Positions 47,105 to 57,782 of a stretch of DNA of 64,000 nucleotides are shown one piece after another. The notes under the pieces were generated by a model. That model saw nothing but the letters and a program-made list of their open reading frames with translations, had not been told where the DNA came from and ran no database searches. Numbering within the stretch: the stretch's first letter is position 1; every line of letters starts with the position of its first letter. The position numbers were made by a program, and so were the translations under genes. This DNA comes from Amoebidium appalachense. Taxonomy: Eukaryota; Protista; Ichthyosporea. The DNA is taken from positions 4,817,814 to 4,881,813 of the forward strand of contig CAVNZM010000013.1 in assembly GCA_963693365.1 (NCBI GenBank). Direction: 5' to 3'.

Positions 47105-47306
47105 CACGTCTTAGCGCTACACATTTTTAGCCACAGCAAAACTTCCTTTTACCCCGAAAGATTTTCTACTACACGTCTTAGCGCTACACATTTTTAGCCA
47201 CAGCAAAACTTCCTTTTACCCCGAAAGATTTTCTACTACACGTCTTAGCGCTACACATTTTTAGCCACAGCAAAACTTCCTTTTACCCCGACAGATTTTC
47301 TACTAC
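47105..47306 (+). repeat. Three 67-bp tandem repeats immediately upstream of the JmjC gene ATG
   Basis: cacgtcttagcgctacacatttttagcc... at 47105, 47172 and 47239. Confidence 0.9.
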
Positions 47307-47356
47307 TCGCTTGCACACAAACCACAATTCGCTCACGCACAAACCATTATATTAAC

Positions 47357-48090
47357 ATGGCCGGTTCCGATTTTCAAGAATGGCTCGGCACAACACAAGC
47401 CTACCCATATGCTAAACGTGCAACTTTTCATTTTTCCACCTCTTTCGATGCACACAACGTTTTTGCACATGGGCGGGTCCACGCTATAGAACGCATCGTT
47501 TTGGTGGGAAACAAAACTGCCGATTATCCTGTCAGGCTCTCCATTCTACACAAGGACGAGCAACACGAAATTCTTATGTTTTTCAAAAAAGGCAAGAAAG
47601 GAGAGCAGTCAGGCTGGAAAATTAGGGAGGAAAAGTTCATAGCCGGAAAGATACCAGGAAACGTAATGAAAATTCTGAGACAGGGGGGGAAAGACTGGGA
47701 AGTTTACGATTTGGGGGCATATGCCGACATACACAGAAAGACAATCGACTCCGGGTTCACGTTTGCTGCGGGCCCTGAATACAACGAGGATACCCCTACC
47801 CTTGCCAAGTTACTCTACCTTCTCAGAACATGCCCAATACCCGAAAAGGGGGATTCCCTTTCCATAAACGACGACCCAACACACAGACTCGAACTCAGTC
47901 ACACAATTCGAACAAACATGACGGACCGTGATTGCGTTCTGTTTTTTGGCGGGGTTCGTTATATCAGACTCCCTTCTCTCCAGAAGGCTGCCACCTTGTG
48001 GGCTGCCAAACGTCTTCGTCTTAACAATTTCTCGGCCAGATTTGCGGCGGTAGCAAGCCCACTATCGAGGCTGGCGCCGCCTGCAGGTTG

Positions 48091-48125
<35 letters not shown>

Positions 48126-50937
48126 ACACACACACACATGCACACACACACACACACACACATGCACACACAAAAGGCATTCGGGCACACACATGCACAC
48201 ACACAAAGGCATTCGGGCACACACATGCACACACAAAAAGGCATTCGGGCACACACATGCACACACACAAAGGCATTCGGTGACACACATGCACACACAA
48301 AAAGGCATTCGGGCACACACATGCACACACACAAAGGCATTCGGGCATACACATGCACACACACAAAGGCATTCGGTGACACACATGCACACACAAAAAG
48401 GCATTCGGGCACACACATGCACACACACAAAGGCATTCGGTGACACACATGCACACACAAAAAGGCATTCGGGCACACACATGCACACACACAAAGGCAT
48501 TCGGGCATACACATGCACACACACAAAGGCATTCGGTGACACACATGCACACACAAAAAGGCATTCGGGCACACACATGCACACACACAAAGGCATTCGG
48601 TGACACACATGCACACACAAAAAGGCATTCGGGCACACACATGCACACACACAAAGGCATTCGGGCACACACATGCACACACAAAAAGGCATTCGGGCAC
48701 ACACATGCACACACACAAAGGCATTCGGGCACACACATGCACACACAAAAAGGCATTCGGGCACACACATGCACACACACAAAGGCATTCGGGCACACAC
48801 ATGCACACACAAAAAGGCATTCGGGCACACACATGCACACACACAAAGGCATTCGGTGACACACATGCACACACAAAAAGGCATTCGGGCACACACATGC
48901 ACACACACAAAGGCATTCGGGCACACACATGCACACACAAAAAGGCATTCGGTGACACACATGCACACACACAAAGGCATTCGGGCACACACATGCACAC
49001 ACACAAAGGCATTCGGGCACACACATGCACACACACAAAGGCATTCGGGCACACACATGCACACACACAAAGGCATTCGGGCACACACATGCACACACAA
49101 AAAGGCATTCGGTGACACACATGCACACACAAAAAGGCATTCGGGAACACACATGCACACACACAAAGGCATTCGGTGACACACATGCACACACAAAAAG
49201 GCATTCGGGCACACACATGCACACACACAAAGGCATTCGGGCACACACATGCACACACAAAAAGGCATTCGGGCACACACATGCACACACACAAAGGCAT
49301 TCGGGCACACACATGCACACACAAAAAGGCATTCGGGCACACACATGCACACACACAAAGGCATTCGGGCACACACATGCACACACAAAAAGGCATTCGG
49401 GCACACACATGCACACACACAAAGGCATTCGGTGACACACATGCACACACAAAAAGGCATTCGGGCACACACATGCACACACACAAAGGCATTCGGGCAC
49501 ACACATGCACACACAAAAAGGCATTCGGTGACACACATGCACACACACAAAGGCATTCGGGCACACACATGCACACACACAAAGGCATTCGGGCACACAC
49601 ATGCACACACACAAAGGCATTCGGGCACACACATGCACACACACAAAGGCATTCGGGCACACACATGCACACACAAAAAGGCATTCGGTGACACACATGC
49701 ACACACAAAAAGGCATTCGGGAACACACATGCACACACACAAAGGCATTCGGGCACACACATGCACACACAAAAAGGCATTCGGGCACACACATGCACAC
49801 ACACAAAGGCATTCGGGCACACACATGCACACACAAAAAGGCATTCGGGCACACACATGCACACACACAACTCCCAATATTTACACACACCACCCACCAC
49901 ACACAGAGCAGGAAGAGAAGTTCCCAGTCGAACCCCAATCGCCCCGGTCCACGACACCCATCATCTCCAGACGTATTCCAACCTTTCGCTTGACACCTGA
50001 CATATTGGAGAGGTACACACTGGAGCAGTTCCTGTACAAAATCGGCAAGTATGACGACGTGAGGAGGGCGGGGGCTGCGAGGCTAGTCCTACCCGAGGAG
50101 GTGAAGGAGGCACTGGCAGCAGCATCCCAGGAGCTGGATTTGCCCGGCAGACCCCACAACGTACAAAATCTGCAGGCAACAGAAAACAAAGACGTATATG
50201 CTCTGACGCATGAACTGGACCACGGTAACCTACCGGCCCCACAGGTGTGTTACTTGAGTTTTGGATGGAGAGGAAGCCTCACACCTAGCAATGTTTGCAT
50301 TTACTTGGCCTGCCGAGAGACACTTTTTGCACGCCCCGGCCTCACACTTAGCAATGTTTGCATGAATTTACTTGGCTTGTTTTTGCACGCCCCGGCCTCA
50401 CACTTAGCAATGTTTGCGTGATTTTAAAACTTGGCCTGCCGAGAGACACTTTCTGCACGCCCCGGCCTCGCATGCCCTGACTAAACATTATACTAACATT
50501 GCAACCCGTGAATTAGGGCAATGCATCGTTGTCCGAGAGAGAGTTTTGGGACATGCTGGACGAGCATTGGCCTGAAAGCCGTCCCGAGGAACGGAATCAG
50601 TTGGGGAAACCTGTGTTTGAATTCCACTACGCCAACGAGCACAGCATTCCACCTGGCACACGCACCCCCAGCGAGGTAAGCGGGCGAAGTTGCTCTGCAC
50701 ACCATTTCAGCACTTGCAACCTCCCCTTTGTGACCCCCAATCCCGCACATTGCATCGTTTGTATAGTTGCACCATGCCTCCGGACCGTAGCTATGTAGCT
50801 AAGTGCATGCCCATTCAGGTGGTCAGCGAGACCTACAAATGGATGCCCAATTTAAGGAAATTGGACTCTGTTCTTCATCGCATCCATGAATACCAGCACC
50901 TCGACGGGATATGCATTCCCATGTTTTACAAGTACTA

Positions 50938-50968
<31 letters not shown>

Positions 50969-52210
50969 AAAAAATCCTCACAAGAATTCAGAATAGTTCA
51001 CTTGCCCGCACAGATTTCCCGTCCTCACTCACCCTCCCGACCTCTAATTTTGAATTGACTACCCCATATCCACACACAAGAATTCAGAATAGTTCACTTG
51101 CCCGCACAGATTTCCCGTCCTCACTCACCCTCCCGACCTCTAATTTTGAATTGACTACCCCATATCCACACAAGAATTCAGAATAGTTCACTTGCCCGCA
51201 CAGATTTCCCGTCCTCACTCACCCTCCCGACCTCTAATCGAATCGACTTTGTTTCAATCTTTTGCAGGTCCCGCTATCTTGGTTTGTTCGGCCCACATCC
51301 AGAGGATGCTGCCTTCGGCAGTCTCAACCTAATGGTTGACGGTCCGCACGGAAAACACTGGTATTCGATTAGCCCTGGCAGTCGAGATCGTGTCGAAAGG
51401 GTCCTTCGGGATATCCATCCGGATGCAAAGTCCAAGAAGCCGTGCCCTGGGTTCATGATGCATAAGGTAAGCAGCCAAATTAAGCAAAAGACACGGCACA
51501 AAGGCATTCGGGCACACACATGCACACACACGACACAAAGGCATTCGGGCACACACATGCACACACACGGCACAAAGGCATTCGGGCACACACATGCACC
51601 ACACACGGCACAAAGGCATTCGGGCACACACATGCACACACACGGCACAAAGGCATTCGGGCACACACATGCACTTAAGCAAACACACGGCACAAAGGCA
51701 TCGGGCACACACATGAACACCCAAAGGCATTCGGGCACACACATGCACACTATCATGTGCTTACACCCGGGGTGGGACAGAATATTTTTGTGAACCCGAG
51801 GCTGTTTGGAAAAAGGGGCATCCACGTCTACCATGCAGAGCAAAGGCCGGGCGACCTTATTTACACCCTGCCTGGGGCCTACCACATGGGGTTCGCCTCT
51901 GGCGCCCCACCTTGCCGAGGCGGTCAACTTTGCAACTCGTGATTGGTTGGAACATTTGAACGGGAAGGTACCCCCGTTTTGCACATGCCCCGATCGCCAA
52001 AACGAGACATTCGAGGTACAACCCCCACACCCCCCCCCCCAAAAAAAAAAAAAAAAAAAACGAGACAATTCGTTGGTCTGAAGGTAGTTGAAACAATCTA
52101 TTGGTATCAAAGTAGTTACACACACACCATTACACCCCCGGTATCAAAGTAGTTTGGGGGATTAACTATTAAGCACCTAATCTATCGGTCTAACAGTGTA
52201 ACACACACGC

Positions 52211-52247
<37 letters not shown>

Positions 52248-52385
52248 CACACACACATGCACACATGCACTTAAGCAAACACACGGCACAAAGGCATTCG
52301 GGCACACACATACACACACACGGCACAAAGGCACCTAATCTATCGGTCTAACAGTGTAACACACACGCACGCACACGCACACACG

Positions 52386-52458
<73 letters not shown>

Positions 52459-52518
52459 CAGCTCGACCTCCCTATTTTGAAACGTGAGATGGTGGACTAT
52501 CGGATGCAGAAGCCGTGA
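47357..52518 (+). CDS. KDM4-like JmjN/JmjC histone lysine demethylase, 7 exons (47357-48086, 49907-50244, 50517-50675, 50819-50931, 51268-51466, 51781-52015, 52462-52518), with one apparent +1 frameshift near 51905
   Basis: Jmj[17 protein letters not shown]. Jmj[33 protein letters not shown], then [37 protein letters not shown] and FCTC. Exon phases are all compatible and a TACTAAC branch site sits at 50491. The exon 1 donor is the least certain. Confidence 0.88.
48173..49868 (+). repeat. 32-bp minisatellite, about 53 copies, filling JmjC intron 1
   Basis: Unit aaaggcattcgg(g/t)(c/g)acacacatgcacacac; the same motif recurs in introns 5 and 6. Confidence 0.95.
50978..51238 (+). repeat. ~95-bp tandem repeat, about 2.8 copies, in JmjC intron 4
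   Basis: caagaattcagaatagttcac at 50981, 51077 and 51171. Confidence 0.9.
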
Positions 52519-52539
52519 GGTTGCAATGGCCCGATACGG

Positions 52540-52926
52540 TGGGGGAAACGTAGTTGTGGTGGTGTGGTGTGGGCAGTAGGCACATCTATAGGGTTCGTGG
52601 TGGGTGCGGTGGGGAAACGTAGTTGTGGTGGTGTGGTGTGGGCAGTAGGCCACACATTCACATCTATAGGGTTCGTGGTGGGTGCGGTGGGGAAACGTAG
52701 TTGTGGTGGTGTGGTGTGGGCAGTAGGCCACACATTCACATCTATAGGGTTCGTGGTGGGTGCGGTGGGGAAACGTAGTTGTGGTGGTGTGGTGTGGGCA
52801 GTAGGCCACACATTCACATCTATAGGGTTCGTGGTGGGTGCGGTGGGGAAACGTAGTTGTGGTGGTGTGGTGTGGGCAGTAGGCCACACATTCACATCTA
52901 TAGGATTCATGGTGGGTGCGGTGGGG
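52540..52926 (+). repeat. 78-bp tandem repeat, about 5 copies, downstream of the JmjC stop
   Basis: ggggaaacgtagttgtggtggtgtgg recurs with period 78. Confidence 0.9.
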
Positions 52927-53215
52927 AGAGACGTGGTACAAAGTTTTCATTGTTTCAACAAGTTTTTTTATTATTTTTGTATTTAGCTCGATACCAAAAA
53001 TTTCCGTAATGTTAACTCGAATGTGGTCTGCAAAAATATGTGACGTACCAAATTTTCTTTCCAAGTTTTTATGTGTATTGTAGTCACCCATAGTGGCGGA
53101 GAGACTCCAATAAATATACCAATTCTGCTTTGAATCTGTGACATGTGTGCAATCACACACACACACACACACACACAAAGCTCAACACACACACACACAC
53201 ACACACACACAAAGC

Positions 53216-53509
53216 TCAACACTTTCTCTCATGATTTTCCGTTTCGGCTGGTAGGGTCTCCGGCTCCATCATCTTCTGCAGCACGATGGCTGTCTGCCGT
53301 TGGTTTTGGGGCACCCACTTCTTGAATCCGCACTTATCCGCAAGCTCTTCGGGCAGGTCTATGTAGCCTTTTTCCGCAAGCTCTTGTGCGTATGCTCGTT
53401 GCTCCATCTGCGTCCGCCGGGCGGTGGCCTCGGTCGGCACAATAGTTGCCTGCACCACGGGTGCCTTGCCGGGCTCCTCCTTTAGCTTGTACTCCCATCG
53501 GTACGCCAT
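53216..53509 (-). CDS. Small hypothetical protein, 97 aa
   Basis: Intronless ATG ORF with normal complexity, co-oriented with its neighbours. Confidence 0.5.
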   Translation of the reverse strand: MAYRWEYKLKEEPGKAPVVQATIVPTEATARRTQMEQRAYAQELAEKGYIDLPEELADKCGFKKWVPQNQRQTAIVLQKMMEPETLPAETENHERKC

Positions 53510-53545
53510 ACTCTATGCCACAAAAATCTCTTGCCGTGTCAATCC

Positions 53546-53917
53546 TCATGCCCGCTCCTTGATCACCACCGCCGGCGCATGTGCACACGTGGGGCACGCC
53601 GGGCACTTCTGCTCGGGCGGGCAGTGCTTGCATGCGGGACACTGGGTGCACCGGGTGGGGCTTGCACCGCACACGTGGCAGCGGGGGCAGTGCGCACACT
53701 TGCGGCGGGGCGAGCAGCTGCCGCAGCTGGCACACATCGGGCATGTACCGGGGCACTTGAGCACCGCCAGCCGCCGCCGCACACGCGGGCTGAACGTGTC
53801 CCACAGCACGTAGAGAATGAGCCCGGCGAGCACGGCCAGCAGGATGGGGGAGGGAGGGTTTGTTGTTCGCAAGGCGGAGAGGGGACGGGGCGGTAGAAAG
53901 GGTGCGCCGGCGTCCAT
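53546..53917 (-). CDS. Small membrane protein with a CxxC-rich tail, 123 aa
   Basis: ATG at 53917; hydrophobic helix ILLAVLAGLILYVLW followed by CPxC/CxxC repeats. Confidence 0.6.
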   Translation of the reverse strand: MDAGAPFLPPRPLSALRTTNPPSPILLAVLAGLILYVLWDTFSPRVRRRLAVLKCPGTCPMCASCGSCSPRRKCAHCPRCHVCGASPTRCTQCPACKHCPPEQKCPACPTCAHAPAVVIKERA

Positions 53918-54079
53918 GTTACTCGGTGCATGATATAATGCGGTGGTGGGGGTGCGCGAGAGGTGATGGGGGGGGGGGACTTTTCTCCGATTGCGGAGTG
54001 GGGTTTCCAATCCGGAGGGGGGGGGGGGGGGGGGGGGAGAAGGGAAGGGGAGAGGGTTTTCCCGATTTTGGGAGGATGT

Positions 54080-54915
54080 AACGTTGATCAAAATCGGACT
54101 TGTGTTGTGGCACTCCGAATAATGGAATAAAACGTTGACCGAATTCGGATATGTGTTGTGGCACTCCGAATAATGGAATAAAACGTTGACCGAATTCGGA
54201 CTTGTATTAATTGCTACCGAGCACGCCGAAAAATGAGATGCAACTTTGCCCAAATTCGGACTTGTATTAATTGCTACCGAGCACGCCGAAAAATGAGATG
54301 CAACTCTGACCGAATTCGGACTTGTATTAATTGCTACCGAGCACGCCGAAAAATGAGATGCAACTTTGACCAAATTCGGACTTGTATTAATTGCTACCGA
54401 GCACGCCGAAAAATGAGATGCAACTTTGCCCAAATTCGGACTTGTATTAATTGCTACCGAGCACGCCGAAAAATTGACCGAATTCGGACTTGTATTAATT
54501 GCTACCGAGCACGCCGAAAAATGAGATGCAACTTTGACCAAATTCGGACTTGTATTAATTGCTACCGAGCACGCCGAAAAATGAGATGCAACTCTGACCG
54601 AATTCGGACTTGTATTAATTGCTACCGAGCACGCCGAAATATGAGATGCAACTCTGACCGAATTCGGACTTGTATTAATTGCTCCCGAGCACGCCGAATA
54701 ATGGAATAAAACGTTGACCGAATTCGGACTTGTATTAATTGCTACCGAGCACGCCGAAAAATGAGATGCAACTTTGACCAAATTCGGACTTGTATTAATT
54801 GCTACCGAGCACGCCGAATAATGGAATAAAACGTTGACCGAATTCGGACTTGTATTAATTGCTCCCGAGCACTCCGAATAATGGAATAAAACGTTGACCG
54901 AATTACTTGTATTAT
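54080..54915. repeat. 60-bp tandem array, about 12 units plus degenerate ends, many carrying a ccgaattcgg palindrome
   Basis: aattcggacttgtattaattgct at 54193, 54253, 54313, 54373, 54433, 54481 and onward to 54841. Confidence 0.92.
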
Positions 54916-54943
54916 GGTGCTTATCCATTGAAATGTCTTGGGG

Positions 54944-56542
54944 CTACTGCGCTTGCTCCTGACTGCCCTTCTTGAACACGCTCATGACGAGGTCCCTTGT
55001 CAAGTCGTCTTCCATGTGCTCCCTCGCCATCTCCAGCATGGCCGCAGCAAAAGTCACAAAGTCCACACCGAACAGCTCGCGCTCGACGTTCTTGTGTTTG
55101 AGTGCTGTGTGCAGGCACTTCTCCGCAAGCGCCAGCTGCTCGGACGGCACGGGCAGCGCAAAGAGCAGGCGCTTGTTGGGTCCCACATGCCACGTACCGG
55201 CCTGCTTCATGCGGCCCTTCACGTCCTTCAGACTGAGTCCGATTTTCAGGCAGGGCGGGTCGCCATACTCGGACACGAACACGTAGATGCCGGACTGCTG
55301 CTTGGTGCACACGTGGTTGGTGACCCGGCGCAGCTCCTCGCTGGCATCCTCGTATTCGGGTGGGATGTGGTCCTGCTTGATGCTGTCTGTTGCCTGGAGC
55401 TCCAAAAGCCGGCACTGCGCCTCGAGTTTCAGGCGCTCCTCGCGAATCACACCTGCGCGCTTGTCACACAGAGCGCCTTCCTCGCGCATCATCATGATCT
55501 CCGTGTACTGTGCAGATTCGGCGATGCGCGCCTCCTTGTACAGACTCAGTGCAGTTTCCATCTCGGCCTGGTTGGTCATGAACTGGGTGATGTCTCCGAG
55601 CTTCAGTCTCTTGGGCTCCCTCTCGGGTGTCCTGTCGGCATCCATTTCTGCTTGCACACTGTCACGCATGAAAGCGTTGGGTCCTGACGGGTTGGCCGCT
55701 GCCGTGGCACGGTTGCGCTCGATGTCCTCCACGAGTGTTTCGTCTCCACCTTCCAGGCGCGCTATATCTTGAGCCCACTTGTCGATGATCGCGGAACCAT
55801 AGCGTGAGCCAGATGCAATTTTTAGGGTTAGCCTACCCAGCGACTTAGCAGGCACACCAGGTGATGCCTTCCCTCCGACTTGAAATTGACAGTTGGTCAC
55901 GTTAAGAGAATCTTTGAGTTGAGGGTTATTCTGCAAGAGACGGCGCAGATAGCAACCCGCTGCATTCCTGTCCAAACCACGCACCAGCATGGTATAGTCC
56001 ACCAAGCTTGCCATCTTCACACCGTCGACCTCACATACTCGAATGGCATAGTCGCCAATGCCAATACATTCGCCTTTTTCAGCGACAATCTCGTCTGCGG
56101 TCATTACGACTTCGTTGTGTTCAGTTTCCATGGTTTGCGAGACTGAGGGGTTGTGATGTGTGTTGGGTCTTTTTATACCCTTGGGTTGACTGTCGGGGTT
56201 CACCTTGTTGGACATCAGCCGCGTGATAAAATTGATGCTGCTCATGCGAGCATGGTGCGCGCGCTTGCCGGGAAGAAGGAAGATGATCTCGAGGAGGTCA
56301 CGGAACGAGGCCACTGGGGTGAGCCTCCCCACTCCATTGATGCGAAGTTGGTAAATGCGGCTTACCAAAGGCTTTTTGGATTCATTTCCACCCTTTTTCA
56401 TCTCATGCCAAGCCATCTTGGCAGCATCCATTCCAAATGCTCTGTCCGGTAGCCATGCTGTGTCAGACTGACCCCAGTTGGCTGTGTGTGCTCCTTTTAT
56501 ACCTGCGCACATCAGTCGTGCCGAGAATGCTGGCAGCAACAA
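54944..56542 (-). CDS. Bro-N-like DNA-binding protein with coiled coil and a C-terminal T5orf172/GIY-YIG-like domain (start uncertain)
   Basis: N-terminal IRVCEVDGVKMASLVD..GGDETLVEDIERN; C-terminal SGIYVF..LKIGLS..RMKQ..AEKCLHTALK..RELF. Confidence 0.75.
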   Translation of the reverse strand: MLLPAFSARLMCAGIKGAHTANWGQSDTAWLPDRAFGMDAAKMAWHEMKKGGNESKKPLVSRIYQLRINGVGRLTPVASFRDLLEIIFLLPGKRAHHARMSSINFITRLMSNKVNPDSQPKGIKRPNTHHNPSVSQTMETEHNEVVMTADEIVAEKGECIGIGDYAIRVCEVDGVKMASLVDYTMLVRGLDRNAAGCYLRRLLQNNPQLKDSLNVTNCQFQVGGKASPGVPAKSLGRLTLKIASGSRYGSAIIDKWAQDIARLEGGDETLVEDIERNRATAAANPSGPNAFMRDSVQAEMDADRTPEREPKRLKLGDITQFMTNQAEMETALSLYKEARIAESAQYTEIMMMREEGALCDKRAGVIREERLKLEAQCRLLELQATDSIKQDHIPPEYEDASEELRRVTNHVCTKQQSGIYVFVSEYGDPPCLKIGLSLKDVKGRMKQAGTWHVGPNKRLLFALPVPSEQLALAEKCLHTALKHKNVERELFGVDFVTFAAAMLEMAREHMEDDLTRDLVMSVFKKGSQEQAQ

Positions 56543-56714
56543 TCGACTGGTTTACGGGGAGGGGGGGTATGATTTCTCCGCAATGCAAACAAATTTGTGC
56601 GCGCATACACAGGCATGCGCTCGGACGACACCTTGGGGGTGGCCCTGCTTATATACGCGTGCTGCACCATCCGGGGCGCAGTCGCACACACACACGCACT
56701 GCGTGATATATTTA

Positions 56715-57233
56715 TCATTCTCTACGCAGCCGCCTATTTTTCTTTACTGATTCACATAGCTGCAGCGACAGGATGTCGCAGCCCGTGTCGTGCCAAAGGA
56801 AGTCCTTCAAAAAGTCGATTCGCAGAAGGGTTGTTCGTTGGCTCTTTGCCTCCATGGGAACCGCACGTCCCTCGCCCATGCCCTCCTCCTCCGCCGGATC
56901 CCTCGGTGGCAGCAGCGACAGCGTGGTGTCCCAGCGCTCCCAGGTCAGCCGAAACGACTTGCCCCAATCCAGGTCGATGGTCACCGCATCCCCGGCCCCC
57001 TCCAGTGGACACGTCGAAAATACAAGGTGGTTGAGTCCAGTCCTGTTCGACGCTTCTACCGACTGCAGCGGCAGCATCGTGTCCGACAGCATCGTGTCGC
57101 CCTTGCCGAGTCGTGCGTGGAGCTGCAGCGGCCGGCTCGCCACCCGCCCGGCGCCGTTCGAGTCGAATGTCATGCTCGAGACAAACAGAGAGAGGCGGCT
57201 GACGAATAGCTTCAGGTCCTGCTCAAAAGCCAT
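56715..57233 (-). CDS. Hypothetical protein
   Basis: ATG ORF beginning MAFEQDLKLF; no recognisable domain. Confidence 0.4.
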   Translation of the reverse strand: MAFEQDLKLFVSRLSLFVSSMTFDSNGAGRVASRPLQLHARLGKGDTMLSDTMLPLQSVEASNRTGLNHLVFSTCPLEGAGDAVTIDLDWGKSFRLTWERWDTTLSLLPPRDPAEEEGMGEGRAVPMEAKSQRTTLLRIDFLKDFLWHDTGCDILSLQLCESVKKNRRLRRE

Positions 57234-57609
57234 GGTCGGTTCTGGTGCAGATGCAGACTGGCAGCTCCCCGTGTCAGACACACGCTTTTATACCCTCCAG
57301 AGTCCCCGCCTGCGTCGTCGAACGCTCGTTCGCAAGGTGTCGGTGCTCGAGGCGCTGCACGACCATGAGTGCACTCTTGCGTGTCTGGGCGTGTGCGTGC
57401 GCGGCCCGGACTCGGGTTGCGAGGTGCTCAGCGTGCGCTGTTGTACGTCTCCTTGGACCGCAGGGGTCCGCCCGGGAGACCTGATCGTGGTCTGTGACAT
57501 CAAGCCTGTCGGCCCCGGTTGGCGGAAGATGTATCTCGAGCTCGAGGAGGGTGCGTGGACCAGCAACCTGTGCGCGGCTGGGTGCAAGAGGAGGAAGTGG
57601 TTTCACTAG
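57232..57609 (+). CDS. Putative divergent PDZ-like domain protein
   Basis: LGVCVRG..GCEVLSV..SPWTAGVRPGDLIVVCDIKPV resembles the PDZ pattern LGF.I.G..GV.V..V..GSPA..AGL.PGD.I..VNG.PV. Confidence 0.4.
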   Translation: MVGSGADADWQLPVSDTRFYTLQSPRLRRRTLVRKVSVLEALHDHECTLACLGVCVRGPDSGCEVLSVRCCTSPWTAGVRPGDLIVVCDIKPVGPGWRKMYLELEEGAWTSNLCAAGCKRRKWFH

Positions 57610-57782
57610 AGAGGTTGTGCAGCCGAGAGCCCACAATTTTTAGGCAAGGGTCATGTCAAAGCAAAGAGGTCGCTCCAAAAAGAGGGGTCACAGACGTGTG
57701 AAGTACGTGTATGCAGACGAGTTCATGCCAAAATACAGGAGACTGGTGCTCCGCCAGAGCGTGCGAGTGAAGCGTAAATGAG

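Noticed and set aside
47959-49957. 618-659-aa Cys-rich ORFs on the minus strand
   Set aside because: Read-through of the 32-bp minisatellite in JmjC intron 1; open in all three frames.
52456-53178. 240-aa ORF with 26-aa repeats
   Set aside because: It starts in a microsatellite and is mostly the 78-bp tandem repeat antisense to the JmjC 3' region.
54080-54915. CRISPR-like appearance (constant palindromic part plus variable part)
   Set aside because: The variable parts are only two recurring cassettes rather than unique spacers, there are no cas genes, and the context is eukaryotic.
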